Part shown: one piece after another, positions 24,733-34,145 of the stretch | Position numbering within the stretch: the first letter of the stretch is position 1 | Layout: every line of letters begins with the position of its first letter | NCBI GenBank assembly: GCA_014361445.1 | Contig: JACIVQ010000003.1 | Span: 459-54,554 of the forward strand | DNA length: 54,096 bases | Source: Methanosuratincolales archaeon | GTDB lineage: Archaea; Thermoproteota; Methanomethylicia; Methanomethylicales; Methanomethylicaceae | Direction of reading: 5' to 3' | Notes under the pieces: model-generated | What the model was told of the DNA's origin: nothing | Seen by the model: only the letters and a program-made list of their open reading frames with translations | Databases searched by the model: none | Translations under genes and position numbers: made by a program

Positions 24733-25338
24733 TTAAGCTTTCTTTAAAGACGATGGTGCGAATTTTTTAAGACCCAAAACAACTGCCGCTGAGAGGGCAG
24801 CATTGGCAACTACAGATGCAGTTATTGCCGGGATCATTGCTACCCACACCAACCCAATGTTTGAAATGAGGAGGGGGACCCAGTCTGGGGAGGTGTATGA
24901 TGCGGATGAGGTGATCCTTGAAAATATGGTATATGCTCCAAGGAGTGTTGGAGAGAGTGTTGCGACCGAGCCCAAGACCAAAGCGATCATACCAGATGTG
25001 AAGATGTAACGAGAGATCTGACCCAAGATGACCGCGTAAAAGGGGCCTATTCTCTTAGAGAGGGCATTGGTGAAGAGCGCCATTAGACCATCGCCCACCC
25101 CTGCAGGGATCTCTAGGATCGCTTGACCAGTCCAAAGCGAGACCCCAAGACCTTTTATTATCCCTACTAGAAAACCAGCATAACCTCCAGAGAGGACGGC
25201 GGAGAGTGAGACCGGAGTGGAACCCAGATTAGGGTTTCCAAGCGGGAATGAGACCTTTATTGAGCTCATGATGATTGATAGGGCGCCCAACACTGCTATG
25301 TGTGAGAGGAGCGATGCGCGTCTCTGGTTCAAACTCAT
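24733..25338 (-). CDS. Polytopic membrane protein, ECF S-component-like, last gene of the CoA operon
   Basis: About 5-6 hydrophobic helices in 201 aa. 4-nt overlap with the upstream phosphopantothenate synthetase gene. Confidence 0.5.
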   Translation of the reverse strand: MSLNQRRASLLSHIAVLGALSIIMSSIKVSFPLGNPNLGSTPVSLSAVLSGGYAGFLVGIIKGLGVSLWTGQAILEIPAGVGDGLMALFTNALSKRIGPFYAVILGQISRYIFTSGMIALVLGSVATLSPTLLGAYTIFSRITSSASYTSPDWVPLLISNIGLVWVAMIPAITASVVANAALSAAVVLGLKKFAPSSLKKA

Positions 25339-26114
25339 AGGTGTTCGCCCTCACTTAGAATCTTTAGCCTGTCTCTTATGTATAGGATAACCTCAGACAG
25401 GTTCTTCCTATTGTCAAATCTGGTCAGCAATGAAGCCAGCTCCTCTCTCGAGAGGTCCTTTAACTCCTTATAGGCTTCAATCATGTTTGGCACAGCACGA
25501 ACTATGTCATCCACTATAGTTATATCTGCACTCTGAGCTGTTCTAGATAGTGGGTTCAAGTCGATTGTTATGACGAACTTTCCCAACCTCTTCAAGGCCA
25601 TTGTCCTGTCACCGTCCTCCAAGGGCACCAGCACCACATCGGCTGAGTAGATGCCGCGTGGATCGACGCGCCGCCTTTCGCTGAATAGTTCGGGAATTGT
25701 GGCACTAGCATCTCTTCCGACTCCCAATACCTCCTTAGCGCCCGCCTTCAGGAGCACCGACTTTATGGCTTCTTCTCTCCTCCTCGTCCTGAAGAAGAGG
25801 TTAACCTCAAGAGGGGCGTTCAGGACTTTTGATAGCCGGACTATTTCCCTAGGAACCAAAGCGGCAACATTTCCGTTCACAGATATAACTGGATGAGCCG
25901 CTAAAATCAAAGAGGCTACTGCCGCCTTTGTGGCAAATATCGCAGGAGGTATGGAAGTCTCTCCAATAAGGTAGTCAAAAGCTTCTCCCCTACCATGGGC
26001 AATAAGCCCAGCCTTCGCAAGTATCCCTTTTTCTTCTGCTCTGATTACGGCCTCCCTCTTTTTCAGAGAGTGCGCTCTTACATGATTTCTTGGTATCTTA
26101 AGGTGAATCCCCAT
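25335..26114 (-). CDS. Phosphopantothenate synthetase (4-phosphopantoate--beta-alanine ligase, archaeal CoA route)
   Basis: GLIAHGRGEAFDYLIGE motif typical of the archaeal COG1701 family, plus operon context. Confidence 0.75.
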   Translation of the reverse strand: MGIHLKIPRNHVRAHSLKKREAVIRAEEKGILAKAGLIAHGRGEAFDYLIGETSIPPAIFATKAAVASLILAAHPVISVNGNVAALVPREIVRLSKVLNAPLEVNLFFRTRRREEAIKSVLLKAGAKEVLGVGRDASATIPELFSERRRVDPRGIYSADVVLVPLEDGDRTMALKRLGKFVITIDLNPLSRTAQSADITIVDDIVRAVPNMIEAYKELKDLSREELASLLTRFDNRKNLSEVILYIRDRLKILSEGEHL

Positions 26115-27079
26115 CAGCGGGCACCCCCAGAAGAGATTTTAGTAACTATTATCGGCAGACCGGTCGACGGCTCGTATATTAACATCGGGAGGGTTCTTTC
26201 AGAGCTTTTTTGAGAGATTCTTTCGAGAATGTCGCCCACCTCGTCCTTATGGATCAAACCATACACGAGACCCTTCTTGAGTGAAACGAGCTTGATTCCG
26301 ATTGACTCGTATTTTTTCAAAACTTTCATTATTTCTATATCCATGGACCAGAGACTCTCCCAGAACTTCCTCGAGAGGGTCATGAAGTTGTCAAGTGTTG
26401 GTGAGATCATAAAAGACGAGATCGCAAGTTCGCCTTTCTCATTTATCTTGGCAAAATAATTTGAGATCATTTTATTTGTTGAGATCGGTCTGACTGGGGT
26501 TGTGATTATAAAATAATCTTCAGGATTCTGCAATCTTTGAACCCTCCCAACAGTGGGTGCTCCTGGCAAAAGCCTCATTTCAAACCCACCGACCAACTGT
26601 GCAGAGACGTCCCCTAGCCCAGTGAGGTTCTCGACCTCTGCCAAGTGGGCGACCTCCCCTACCTTGGCTCTTGGTAGGGGCGATCCCAGCGCTTTATTCA
26701 CTGCTAGTGCAAGGCTGAGGGCAGAGGCCCCGCTTATCCCATAACCATAATTTGAAGGGAGTATGGATCTTTGCTCCACTAAGAGTGATAGTTTTGCGTT
26801 TGGACCAAAGAACCTTCGAATGACGGATTCGGAGACTTTAGAATCGGTAAGAGGCGTACCGTTCCAGAGTATGATAATTTCAGGCTTATCGCTCTTCTTG
26901 ATGATCACCCGCGTGGTTACACCCGCCTCTAAACATATGCCAGCACCTTTGGAACCAGTGTATATAGGGTCCTCAGAGATGTGGACAGTGAAAAACCCAG
27001 TTATATGACCGGGAGCGTATGCCTCTCCGTATTGGGGGCTTGATGTTATTTCAGCTTGCGTGTGAACTTGTGCCTGCAT
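26114..27079 (-). CDS. Pantoate kinase (GHMP kinase family, archaeal CoA route)
   Basis: APGHITGFF N-terminal motif and the GHMP motif GYGISGASALSLA. Located between the phosphopantothenate synthetase gene and coaBC. Confidence 0.7.
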   Translation of the reverse strand: MQAQVHTQAEITSSPQYGEAYAPGHITGFFTVHISEDPIYTGSKGAGICLEAGVTTRVIIKKSDKPEIIILWNGTPLTDSKVSESVIRRFFGPNAKLSLLVEQRSILPSNYGYGISGASALSLALAVNKALGSPLPRAKVGEVAHLAEVENLTGLGDVSAQLVGGFEMRLLPGAPTVGRVQRLQNPEDYFIITTPVRPISTNKMISNYFAKINEKGELAISSFMISPTLDNFMTLSRKFWESLWSMDIEIMKVLKKYESIGIKLVSLKKGLVYGLIHKDEVGDILERISQKSSERTLPMLIYEPSTGLPIIVTKISSGGAR

Positions 27080-28310
27080 TTGGTCCTCTCCTCTCTAGGT
27101 ATAAGTCTATCACTTTCCTTGCGATCTCCCGCTTCGAAGAAAGCGGAATATGATCGACTAGCCCGTTTCTATCGATGATGTAGACTTCGTCAGTATCCGC
27201 CTTAAACCCAGTAAATGGGCTGGACAGATCGTTTGCGACGATGAGGTTCATGTCAGATTCTAACAACCTACTCATGGCCCTTGAGATGAGTTCCTCACGA
27301 GCAAGGTTGTACTCTGCCTTAAAGCCAATTATGAATAGTTCCTTGGACTTTTTCCTCGCAGCATCGACTATCTTTGGCAGGGGTCTGAGTGTTAGCTTAA
27401 GTTCGGATGTACTGGAGACTTTCCCATCAAATTTTTCCACTATTGTGAAGTCGAGCGGGGCGGCTGCCATTATGAAGAGGTCATATTTTTCCTTGGAAAG
27501 AGCACCATCGACAGCTTCTAGCATCTCCTCTGTGGTCTCAACGGGGACTATATTGACGCCCCTAGGGGGTGCAAGATTGGTAGGGCCAGATATGAGGGTA
27601 ACCCTGGCTCCCCTAGCAGAAGCTTCGTATGCAAAGGCGTAACCCATCTTCCCAGAGCTGGAGTTTGTGAGGAAACGAATAGAGTCCATGTAAGACCTTG
27701 TTGGGCCTGCCGTCACGAGAACAGAAATTCCAGCCATATCCTTTCTGGAGAAGGCAGAGAGAACTTCTTCAACAATCGTAGATATTTCAGGAAATTTCGC
27801 CTTATCTTCGACTATCTCAGGAGGTATTATCTTTATCCCTAACGAGGATAACTTCTTAAGGTTCTCGGATACAAGTGGGTGACGATACATGCTCCCGTGC
27901 ATTACAGGTATAATCATCACGGGGATTCCAGAGCCGATCGCAGTGGTTGCCAAAGACGTGACCGCGGTGTCGTCTATTCCGGCTGCTATCTTGCCGATGG
28001 TGTTCGCAGTGGCAGGGGCTATCAGGACAAGGTCTACGCCTCCCTTACCCCCCAATTGCACATGCTCAATTTTGCCAGTGAGTTCGGTGATTACATGGTT
28101 TCCTGTCGCCCACTCCAACAGGCTGGGAGAGATCAATTTTTGAGACGAGGGCGACATTATGGCGAAGACTTCCGCCCCGTTTCGCATCAACTCTCTGGCG
28201 AGGTCGGGTGCCTTTATGGCAGCGACGCTTCCACATACACATAGAGCAATCTTTTTCCCTTCTAGTAACCTACTCTTTGTAAACATAATGTCTTTTGACG
28301 GATGAGCCAT
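27051..28310 (-). CDS. coaBC: Bifunctional phosphopantothenoylcysteine decarboxylase / phosphopantothenate-cysteine ligase
   Basis: Flavoprotein N-domain KKIALCVCGSVAAIKAPDL and CoaB domain VLVTAGPTRSYMDSIRFLTNSSSGKMG. Confidence 0.9.
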   Translation of the reverse strand: MAHPSKDIMFTKSRLLEGKKIALCVCGSVAAIKAPDLARELMRNGAEVFAIMSPSSQKLISPSLLEWATGNHVITELTGKIEHVQLGGKGGVDLVLIAPATANTIGKIAAGIDDTAVTSLATTAIGSGIPVMIIPVMHGSMYRHPLVSENLKKLSSLGIKIIPPEIVEDKAKFPEISTIVEEVLSAFSRKDMAGISVLVTAGPTRSYMDSIRFLTNSSSGKMGYAFAYEASARGARVTLISGPTNLAPPRGVNIVPVETTEEMLEAVDGALSKEKYDLFIMAAAPLDFTIVEKFDGKVSSTSELKLTLRPLPKIVDAARKKSKELFIIGFKAEYNLAREELISRAMSRLLESDMNLIVANDLSSPFTGFKADTDEVYIIDRNGLVDHIPLSSKREIARKVIDLYLERRGPNAGTSSHAS

Positions 28311-28465
28311 ATCGATCCGATTTTTAAGAATGAATCGAGGCTTATGTAATTTATGTTAGTAAAAATCATAAAATGTGTTTTTCAGATTTTGTATGTATAT
28401 TACATATAGATAAGAACCGTTAAGATAATAAAGGAACGGAATGAGAGATGATAAAGCACAGCTAG

Positions 28466-28825
28466 GTGAACGTCGTGTTCGAAAGGCTATTCAACAAGAA
28501 AGTTTTGGCAATATTGGGAGTATTTTTCACGATATTCCTCACGAGTGGTGGGATTTATCTCATAATAATGCAACCAGGCGGGGCAGTCCAGACGGGCACG
28601 GGCACCAGTTTTATGGCAAGATCTAGCACTAGTCAGACCTCCACGGAATTCTTTGCGTCTTTTTTCCTTACCCTTATCGGGGTTGCAGGTTTTATTTTCT
28701 TAGAGGAGGCTTTGAGGAAGACTTTTGATTTAAGTGGTGCCAGGATGAAGTATTTAGTGGCAATTGTCCTAGTGCTGATATCTTTGGGGCTCATGGAATA
28801 CTTGTTTTGGGCAAAGTTTCACTGA
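28466..28825 (+). CDS. Small membrane protein, 119 aa, unknown function
   Basis: GTG start and three hydrophobic helices. Confidence 0.4.
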   Translation: MNVVFERLFNKKVLAILGVFFTIFLTSGGIYLIIMQPGGAVQTGTGTSFMARSSTSQTSTEFFASFFLTLIGVAGFIFLEEALRKTFDLSGARMKYLVAIVLVLISLGLMEYLFWAKFH

Positions 28826-28874
28826 GGAGGAGCCCAAGTATAGATTGGGTTGTTAAGTGGAAACTGCAGGAAAA

Positions 28875-29363
28875 TCACCAGGGGTGGGACTTAAGCTTCA
28901 ATAAGTAAGCAACAAAGTTTGCGATCAGATGAATCGGTGGAGTGACAAGAACGAGAAAAAGAAATTGTTCAAGTGTCACGGGGTATATAATAGATACGAA
29001 GGCTAATGCACCAAGTATGAAGTCCAGCTGATCGAGTATGGGTGCGGGGTGACCCCTGGGCATCCCGAGTCTCCTCTTGATAAATGCACCAATTAGATCC
29101 CCGACCAAAGCCCCCAAGGATAGAAGAAAGGCGTGGATGGGATAGCCAAATGCAGCTCCTAAGAGGGTCCCAAAGAAGAGACCTGATATGAAGCCCTCTA
29201 TTGTTTTACCATCTCCGAATATCCTCCTACCATCGACGAACATCTTGCCTTGATCTATAGGCTTTTTTCCCTTCAAGATTACTGGAACCGAGTTCGCGAC
29301 ATAGGCAGGAGATATTAATATGAAGGACGAGAGGGCTATGGTAAATAGATCGACCATTTTCAT
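28875..29363 (-). CDS. carS: CDP-archaeol synthase
   Basis: About 160-aa polytopic protein with FGDGKTIEGF and GDLIGAFIKRRLG segments, typical of the DUF46/CarS family. Confidence 0.7.
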   Translation of the reverse strand: MKMVDLFTIALSSFILISPAYVANSVPVILKGKKPIDQGKMFVDGRRIFGDGKTIEGFISGLFFGTLLGAAFGYPIHAFLLSLGALVGDLIGAFIKRRLGMPRGHPAPILDQLDFILGALAFVSIIYPVTLEQFLFLVLVTPPIHLIANFVAYLLKLKSHPW

Positions 29364-30211
29364 GCCCCACTTATTCCGGTGAGTCCTCCTGAGCCTAGCC
29401 TTAGAATATGCTCCTTTACTGGCGAAGGTTTTATGACAACTGCTCGCCTAATGTCGCCCTGTAGTCTGTCAAGACGCGCGATCTTATCGCACCAATATGT
29501 GAGGATCTGAGACGCGACCGGCTGGAGCTCTTTGTCGTCTGGCGGGCTAGTCACATCACTTGTTAACACTGTAGCGAGCAGTCGCCTAATTGATAGATCC
29601 TTTATTATGGCAAGTTCGCGATTCAGCATTTTATTTAAAATTATATTATTTTCTTTTTCTTTAAGTGCTACGCGGTAACATGATGTTATCGAGTCGAAAG
29701 CGACCAAGGCAACATCGTGGGGGAGAATCAGTTCAAGATTCTCTATTATGGAGTCTTGTTCTTGAAACTCCTTGACTGTCGAGACCAAGATGCGGTCGCT
29801 GATTTCAGCCCAACTCGATGAGACCATGTTTTTAAGTCTGCGGAGGGAGGCGTAACCTTCTGTTGAAAAGAGTATCGATTTAAGACCCTTGAAGGCAGCA
29901 TTTAGCAGTGTTTGGAACACAAAGGTAGTCTTGCCACTCCCTCGTTCGCCATATATCAAAAGGATCTCTCCGGGTACTAAACCACCCCCCAGTAAAAGGT
30001 CCAGCTCATGACACCCCGTGCTTAATATTTTAATCTCGCTTGAGTGCAAATTAAAACCCCGGAGAGAGCGTCTTGAGATCTTTAGGTATCTTGGTGGAGG
30101 ATATAAAGGCTTCTTACGACATAGTGAAAGAAATGAAGAGGATGAGGGTACCTTTTGTGTTATTGGATCCCAATGAGCCCATCCCTGAGTTTGTGGGTGC
30201 TGTGATATCAT
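29360..30211 (-). CDS. radB: RadB/RecA-superfamily ATPase (start likely downstream of the ORF-track start)
   Basis: STGCHELDLLLGGGLVPGEILLIYGERGSGKTTFVFQ (Walker A). The first ~55 aa are not RecA-like and overlap the divergent 30073 ORF. A TTG near 30047 (LHSSEIKIL) is a candidate start. Confidence 0.7.
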   Translation of the reverse strand: MISQHPQTQGWAHWDPITQKVPSSSSFLSLCRKKPLYPPPRYLKISRRSLRGFNLHSSEIKILSTGCHELDLLLGGGLVPGEILLIYGERGSGKTTFVFQTLLNAAFKGLKSILFSTEGYASLRRLKNMVSSSWAEISDRILVSTVKEFQEQDSIIENLELILPHDVALVAFDSITSCYRVALKEKENNIILNKMLNRELAIIKDLSIRRLLATVLTSDVTSPPDDKELQPVASQILTYWCDKIARLDRLQGDIRRAVVIKPSPVKEHILRLGSGGLTGISGA

Positions 30212-30675
30212 TTCATGCGAGTGGGGATAAAGGCACTAAGCAGGTGATATACAATGGCAACGCTAGGAGGACTGTGTTGAGGGCGCTTTGTGTTTCAAAT
30301 CCATTGAAAGTCTCAAGAAATGAGTTATTTGATTTTGTTGTTATAGGGATAGATCCCGGAAGGAGGACTGGCATAGCCATCTTGGCAGACGGGGAACTTA
30401 TCGAGGCATACACCGTGTCAGAGGATGAATTGGAAAGGGAGATCGCAAAGATCTTGGAGGATTACCCTACACATTCAATTGTCTTTAGGATTGGAAAAGG
30501 GATCGTTCCAGAAAAAGTGATTCTACAAATAAAAAAGGATGATAGGGCAAAAGTCGAGTTTGTCCATGAGGCCAAGATGGTATTACCAACGAAGTACAAA
30601 ATAAAAGGGTTGCCAAAGGACGCAAGATCTGCCTTGATAATCGCATTGAGTGGGGCAGTCGGTCGTTCCTCATGA
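30073..30675 (+). CDS. RNase-H-fold (RuvC/YqgF-like) putative nuclease with an N-terminal extra domain, 200 aa
   Basis: FVVIGIDPGRRTGIAIL (first catalytic Asp strand) and C-terminal KDARSALIIAL, as in RuvC-like resolvases. Confidence 0.5.
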   Translation: MRSLGILVEDIKASYDIVKEMKRMRVPFVLLDPNEPIPEFVGAVISFHASGDKGTKQVIYNGNARRTVLRALCVSNPLKVSRNELFDFVVIGIDPGRRTGIAILADGELIEAYTVSEDELEREIAKILEDYPTHSIVFRIGKGIVPEKVILQIKKDDRAKVEFVHEAKMVLPTKYKIKGLPKDARSALIIALSGAVGRSS

Positions 30676-30818
30676 ATTTTTAAAGTGTGCTGTACAATAA
30701 CAGATTTTGCTATTTATAGGGTACCGGGAGTCCCCGATCGGTACCACCACCCTTACCAAAAATTTGGGACATGTGATTTCCAATTAAGATAAGAATTCGG
30801 AATAAATAACATTATTAA

Positions 30819-32747
30819 TTATTTTTTTGACTTGGAGTAGTTTGAATAGAATTCCAGAACTATTTTTTCAAGCACTCCTTCAGAATCCTCTACTGTTATG
30901 AGTTTAGAGGAGATCCAACAAGGTAGAAATCTTTTAAGGTATTTTGTCGAAAAGCGGTAGTCCAAAAATACGATGACGCCGCGGTCATCAAGATTTCTGA
31001 AAGGCCTTCCAGCGGCCTGAGAGGCTCTTCTCATAGCGGGGATAATGTAACCATACTCCATTCCCTTATTTGGAAAAAGGGACTCGTAGTACTTTATCTG
31101 TGCATTCACTCTAGCGCTGGGCTTTGGATAGGGGACGCCTACGATTATAACGGAATTCATCTCGTCGCCAGGGTAGTCCTCACCCTCGCTGAACCTTCCA
31201 CCCAATACGCCAAGAAGAACCGCGCCCCCATGTTTGGACATATCTTTGAACTCTTCAACCAGACGATCTTGTTCTAAAGACCTAGATTTTTGCTTCTCCA
31301 CAAATAGCGGCTTGGTAATTGACTTTTGCAGATCGGCCTCCAAAAGACCTTCCATGACTTCGTAGGAAGAGCAGAATATGCCAGTGTTGCCAGGCGTCGA
31401 CCGGACTACCTCGGAGATCTTCGATACCATCCTTTTGTAGATCTCTGGTGAGCGCTTTTCATAGAGGGTTGAGACGCCCTTACAAGAGAGAACTAAAACT
31501 TGCTCCTCAGTAAAGGGGGAAGGAAGAGCCGTTTTAATGGTATCCTCAGGTAGTCCCATAACGGCACGGTAAGATTCCATATCCTCAAGCGTCCCAGACA
31601 TAGACACTGTGGCAGCCACCGAATCGAGAACTTCTGAGGTGGAAGTTCTTGGATCGAGAGCGATAATGTCCAATCTTAGGGGAAGATCCTCTTCTTTTGT
31701 CAGTAAGTGGATAAAATCACTCCTTCCAGACGTCTCGACTCCTTTGAGAAAGAACTCGCCCAGCCGGTGTATGTAAGAACGCGGTACTTTGCCCTTTGAT
31801 AATTGAAGGGATTTTATTGACTCCCCGAAGGCATGGATTTCTTCTAAAAAATAAAGCAGATCCTCGTCAATACGTGCCATGCGCAGCGCGTCTCTGACAA
31901 CAGACTTTAAATCAACAATATGCTCACCTTCTGCCATTTCACTTAACAGCTCTAGCAACGAGTCTGAGAACCTCTTGACGGTTGGCTTACCATATTTTTC
32001 TGCTTCCTCAATCGAGGAGTTTATTGTCGATAGTGTAAGGTGGTCGCTCTCAAACTCACTAACTATCTCAGGGAGGTTGTGTGCCTCGTCCAAGATCAGT
32101 ACATGTTGAGAGAGCGGCCTGCCGAGTTTTTTGATAAAGTTTTCCCGTATGGAACTACTAAATAAATAAGCATAATTCAGCGCGATCACATCTACATGAG
32201 GCAACAAAAGCTTAGCCATCTCGTATGGACAAATTTCGAGTCTCTTAGACTCAGAGATTAGCGTGGAAGCGCCTGTTGGTTTGTGTAGAAAGTCGTCCAT
32301 CAGAGCCCTGATCATGCCGGCGTCCTCCAGATTCTCATAATAGGCACACTTGCCACTCTTTGTTAAATCTGAGCAAAGCTCCATTACAGTCCTAGGATCG
32401 TTTGAGAATCTCAACACTCCTTCGTTGATGCACATTTCCGACCGTCCGCGGATGGATAACCCTGTGACTTGCTCCTTTCTGTTTATGACTTCGAGCTCTT
32501 CGATGACCCTGTCAAGCTCCTTGTAAGTCCGAGCAGCGTATAGAATTACCAAACCTTGCTCTTTTGACGCCTGAAGTGCTCCTGCGAGGGAGCCCACGGT
32601 TTTCCCCAAACCACTAGCCCCGTCTATGATTGCGTGGGAACGGGAGTTGATTGCCTTGTAAACGATCGATAGAAGTTGCTCCTGATTTGGCTTAAAAGAC
32701 GGGTAAGGGAAGAATTTCCAGCTTTCTTTAAGCAAAAAATGCACCAA
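30819..32747 (-). CDS. xpd: XPD/Rad3-type 5'-3' DNA helicase (FeS-cluster family)
   Basis: Walker A DGASGLGKT, DEAH box LILDEAHNL, and four Cys of the FeS domain (CINEG...CSDL...CAYY...CPYE). Confidence 0.9.
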   Translation of the reverse strand: MVHFLLKESWKFFPYPSFKPNQEQLLSIVYKAINSRSHAIIDGASGLGKTVGSLAGALQASKEQGLVILYAARTYKELDRVIEELEVINRKEQVTGLSIRGRSEMCINEGVLRFSNDPRTVMELCSDLTKSGKCAYYENLEDAGMIRALMDDFLHKPTGASTLISESKRLEICPYEMAKLLLPHVDVIALNYAYLFSSSIRENFIKKLGRPLSQHVLILDEAHNLPEIVSEFESDHLTLSTINSSIEEAEKYGKPTVKRFSDSLLELLSEMAEGEHIVDLKSVVRDALRMARIDEDLLYFLEEIHAFGESIKSLQLSKGKVPRSYIHRLGEFFLKGVETSGRSDFIHLLTKEEDLPLRLDIIALDPRTSTSEVLDSVAATVSMSGTLEDMESYRAVMGLPEDTIKTALPSPFTEEQVLVLSCKGVSTLYEKRSPEIYKRMVSKISEVVRSTPGNTGIFCSSYEVMEGLLEADLQKSITKPLFVEKQKSRSLEQDRLVEEFKDMSKHGGAVLLGVLGGRFSEGEDYPGDEMNSVIIVGVPYPKPSARVNAQIKYYESLFPNKGMEYGYIIPAMRRASQAAGRPFRNLDDRGVIVFLDYRFSTKYLKRFLPCWISSKLITVEDSEGVLEKIVLEFYSNYSKSKK

Positions 32748-32838
32748 TGTTTTACGGGGAGGATACGATTTAAAATTTTCGAATCCAAAAGGTTTTAGTC
32801 ATCCCAAACAGTTATTATGGTTTAATGGAGGGCGAGTA

Positions 32839-34134
32839 TTGAGTCTCAGGGATTTTTTGAAGGAAGAGGCGAAAATACCTGGTGGATTATTAGAGATAAA
32901 AGAGGAACTCTCCCCAAGTTATGAGATAGCTAAGGTTATGAAGCAATTCGATAACGGTCCTCTCCTTTGGTTTAGAAGAGTGAGGGGGAGCAGTTTAGAG
33001 GTCGTTTCTGGGATCTGTGGTACCAGGGAGAGGATCCTCAGAGGGATTGGGGCTAATTTACAGAATTATTATGATAAGATTATTTCAGCGACTTCCAATC
33101 CTCTTGAGCCTGAATTGGTTGAGGACGGGCCTGTCTTTGAGGTGGAGGAGAGCGATCTGAGCAGCCTGCCAGTTTTGAAGCATTACGAAAAAGATGCAGG
33201 ACCTTACATAACTGCAGGGATAGTGGTTGCTAGAAGCCCTGATGGTAAATTTCAGAACTCATCGATACACAGGCTTTTGGTTCTGGATAAAAAAAGAATG
33301 GCGATAAGGATAGTGCCAAGGCACCTTTACTCTCTCCACCAAGAAGCTAAGAAGAGAGGAGAAGATCTCCAAGTAGCCGTTGTGATCGGGGTGCACCCAG
33401 CAGTAATGGTGGGTGTGAACGCAGGCCCAAAATACGGGGTAGATGAGCTCTGGGTCGCCAATGCTCTGTTAGGAGGAAAGCTTAAGGTTGTCAAGTGTAA
33501 GAGTGTAGATGTTGAGGTCCCAGCGGATTCGGAGATTGTGATCGAGGGTTTTATTAAAAGAGATGAGTTGGTGGACGAGGGACCATTCGTTGATCTGACC
33601 GGAACTTACGACATCGTTAGGAAGCAGCCTGTCCTAGAGGTCTCTAGGGTTATGCGGAGGAGATCGGCTATTTACCAGGCCATACTGCCAGGAGGTTCTG
33701 AGCATAAACTGCTGATGGGCATGCCAAAGGAGGCAAGGATGTTTGAAGGAGTTTCAAAGGCAGTACCAGAGGTAAAAGGGGTCAGATTAACACTGGGCGG
33801 ATCGTGCTGGTTTAATGCAGTAATATCGATAAAGAAGCAGGCAGAGGGAGATGGTAAAAACGCAATAATGGCGGCATTCGGTGCGAACCCAAGTGTGAAA
33901 CACGTTGTCGTCGTTGACGATGACATAAATATTGACGATATCTCTGAGGTGGAGTGGGCAATAGCCACGAGGTTCCAAGGTGATGAGGATATAATATTAA
34001 TAAGAAATGCAAGGGGCTCAAGTTTGGATCCCTCTTCTGACCAAGAAAAGATTTTGACGTGTAAGGTCGGTATTGACGCTACTATGCCTTGGAATAAGCC
34101 AAAAGAGAAGTTTGAGAAGGCAAAGATACCCTGA
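32839..34134 (+). CDS. UbiD-family decarboxylase; by context, candidate trans-anhydromevalonate 5-phosphate decarboxylase
   Basis: UbiD-like GPYITAGIVVARSPDGKFQNSSIHRL. TTG start 7 nt after GGAGGG. Immediately upstream of the AcnX large and small subunit genes. Confidence 0.7.
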   Translation: MSLRDFLKEEAKIPGGLLEIKEELSPSYEIAKVMKQFDNGPLLWFRRVRGSSLEVVSGICGTRERILRGIGANLQNYYDKIISATSNPLEPELVEDGPVFEVEESDLSSLPVLKHYEKDAGPYITAGIVVARSPDGKFQNSSIHRLLVLDKKRMAIRIVPRHLYSLHQEAKKRGEDLQVAVVIGVHPAVMVGVNAGPKYGVDELWVANALLGGKLKVVKCKSVDVEVPADSEIVIEGFIKRDELVDEGPFVDLTGTYDIVRKQPVLEVSRVMRRRSAIYQAILPGGSEHKLLMGMPKEARMFEGVSKAVPEVKGVRLTLGGSCWFNAVISIKKQAEGDGKNAIMAAFGANPSVKHVVVVDDDINIDDISEVEWAIATRFQGDEDIILIRNARGSSLDPSSDQEKILTCKVGIDATMPWNKPKEKFEKAKIP

Positions 34135-34145
34135 GGGGGGATTGA

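Noticed and set aside
30720-30745. Hairpin GGTACCG-(12 nt)-CGGTACC between the convergent 30073-30675 and xpd genes as a terminator or small RNA
   Set aside because: The stem is only 7 bp with a large loop. Archaeal termination relies mainly on T-tracts. No further support was found.
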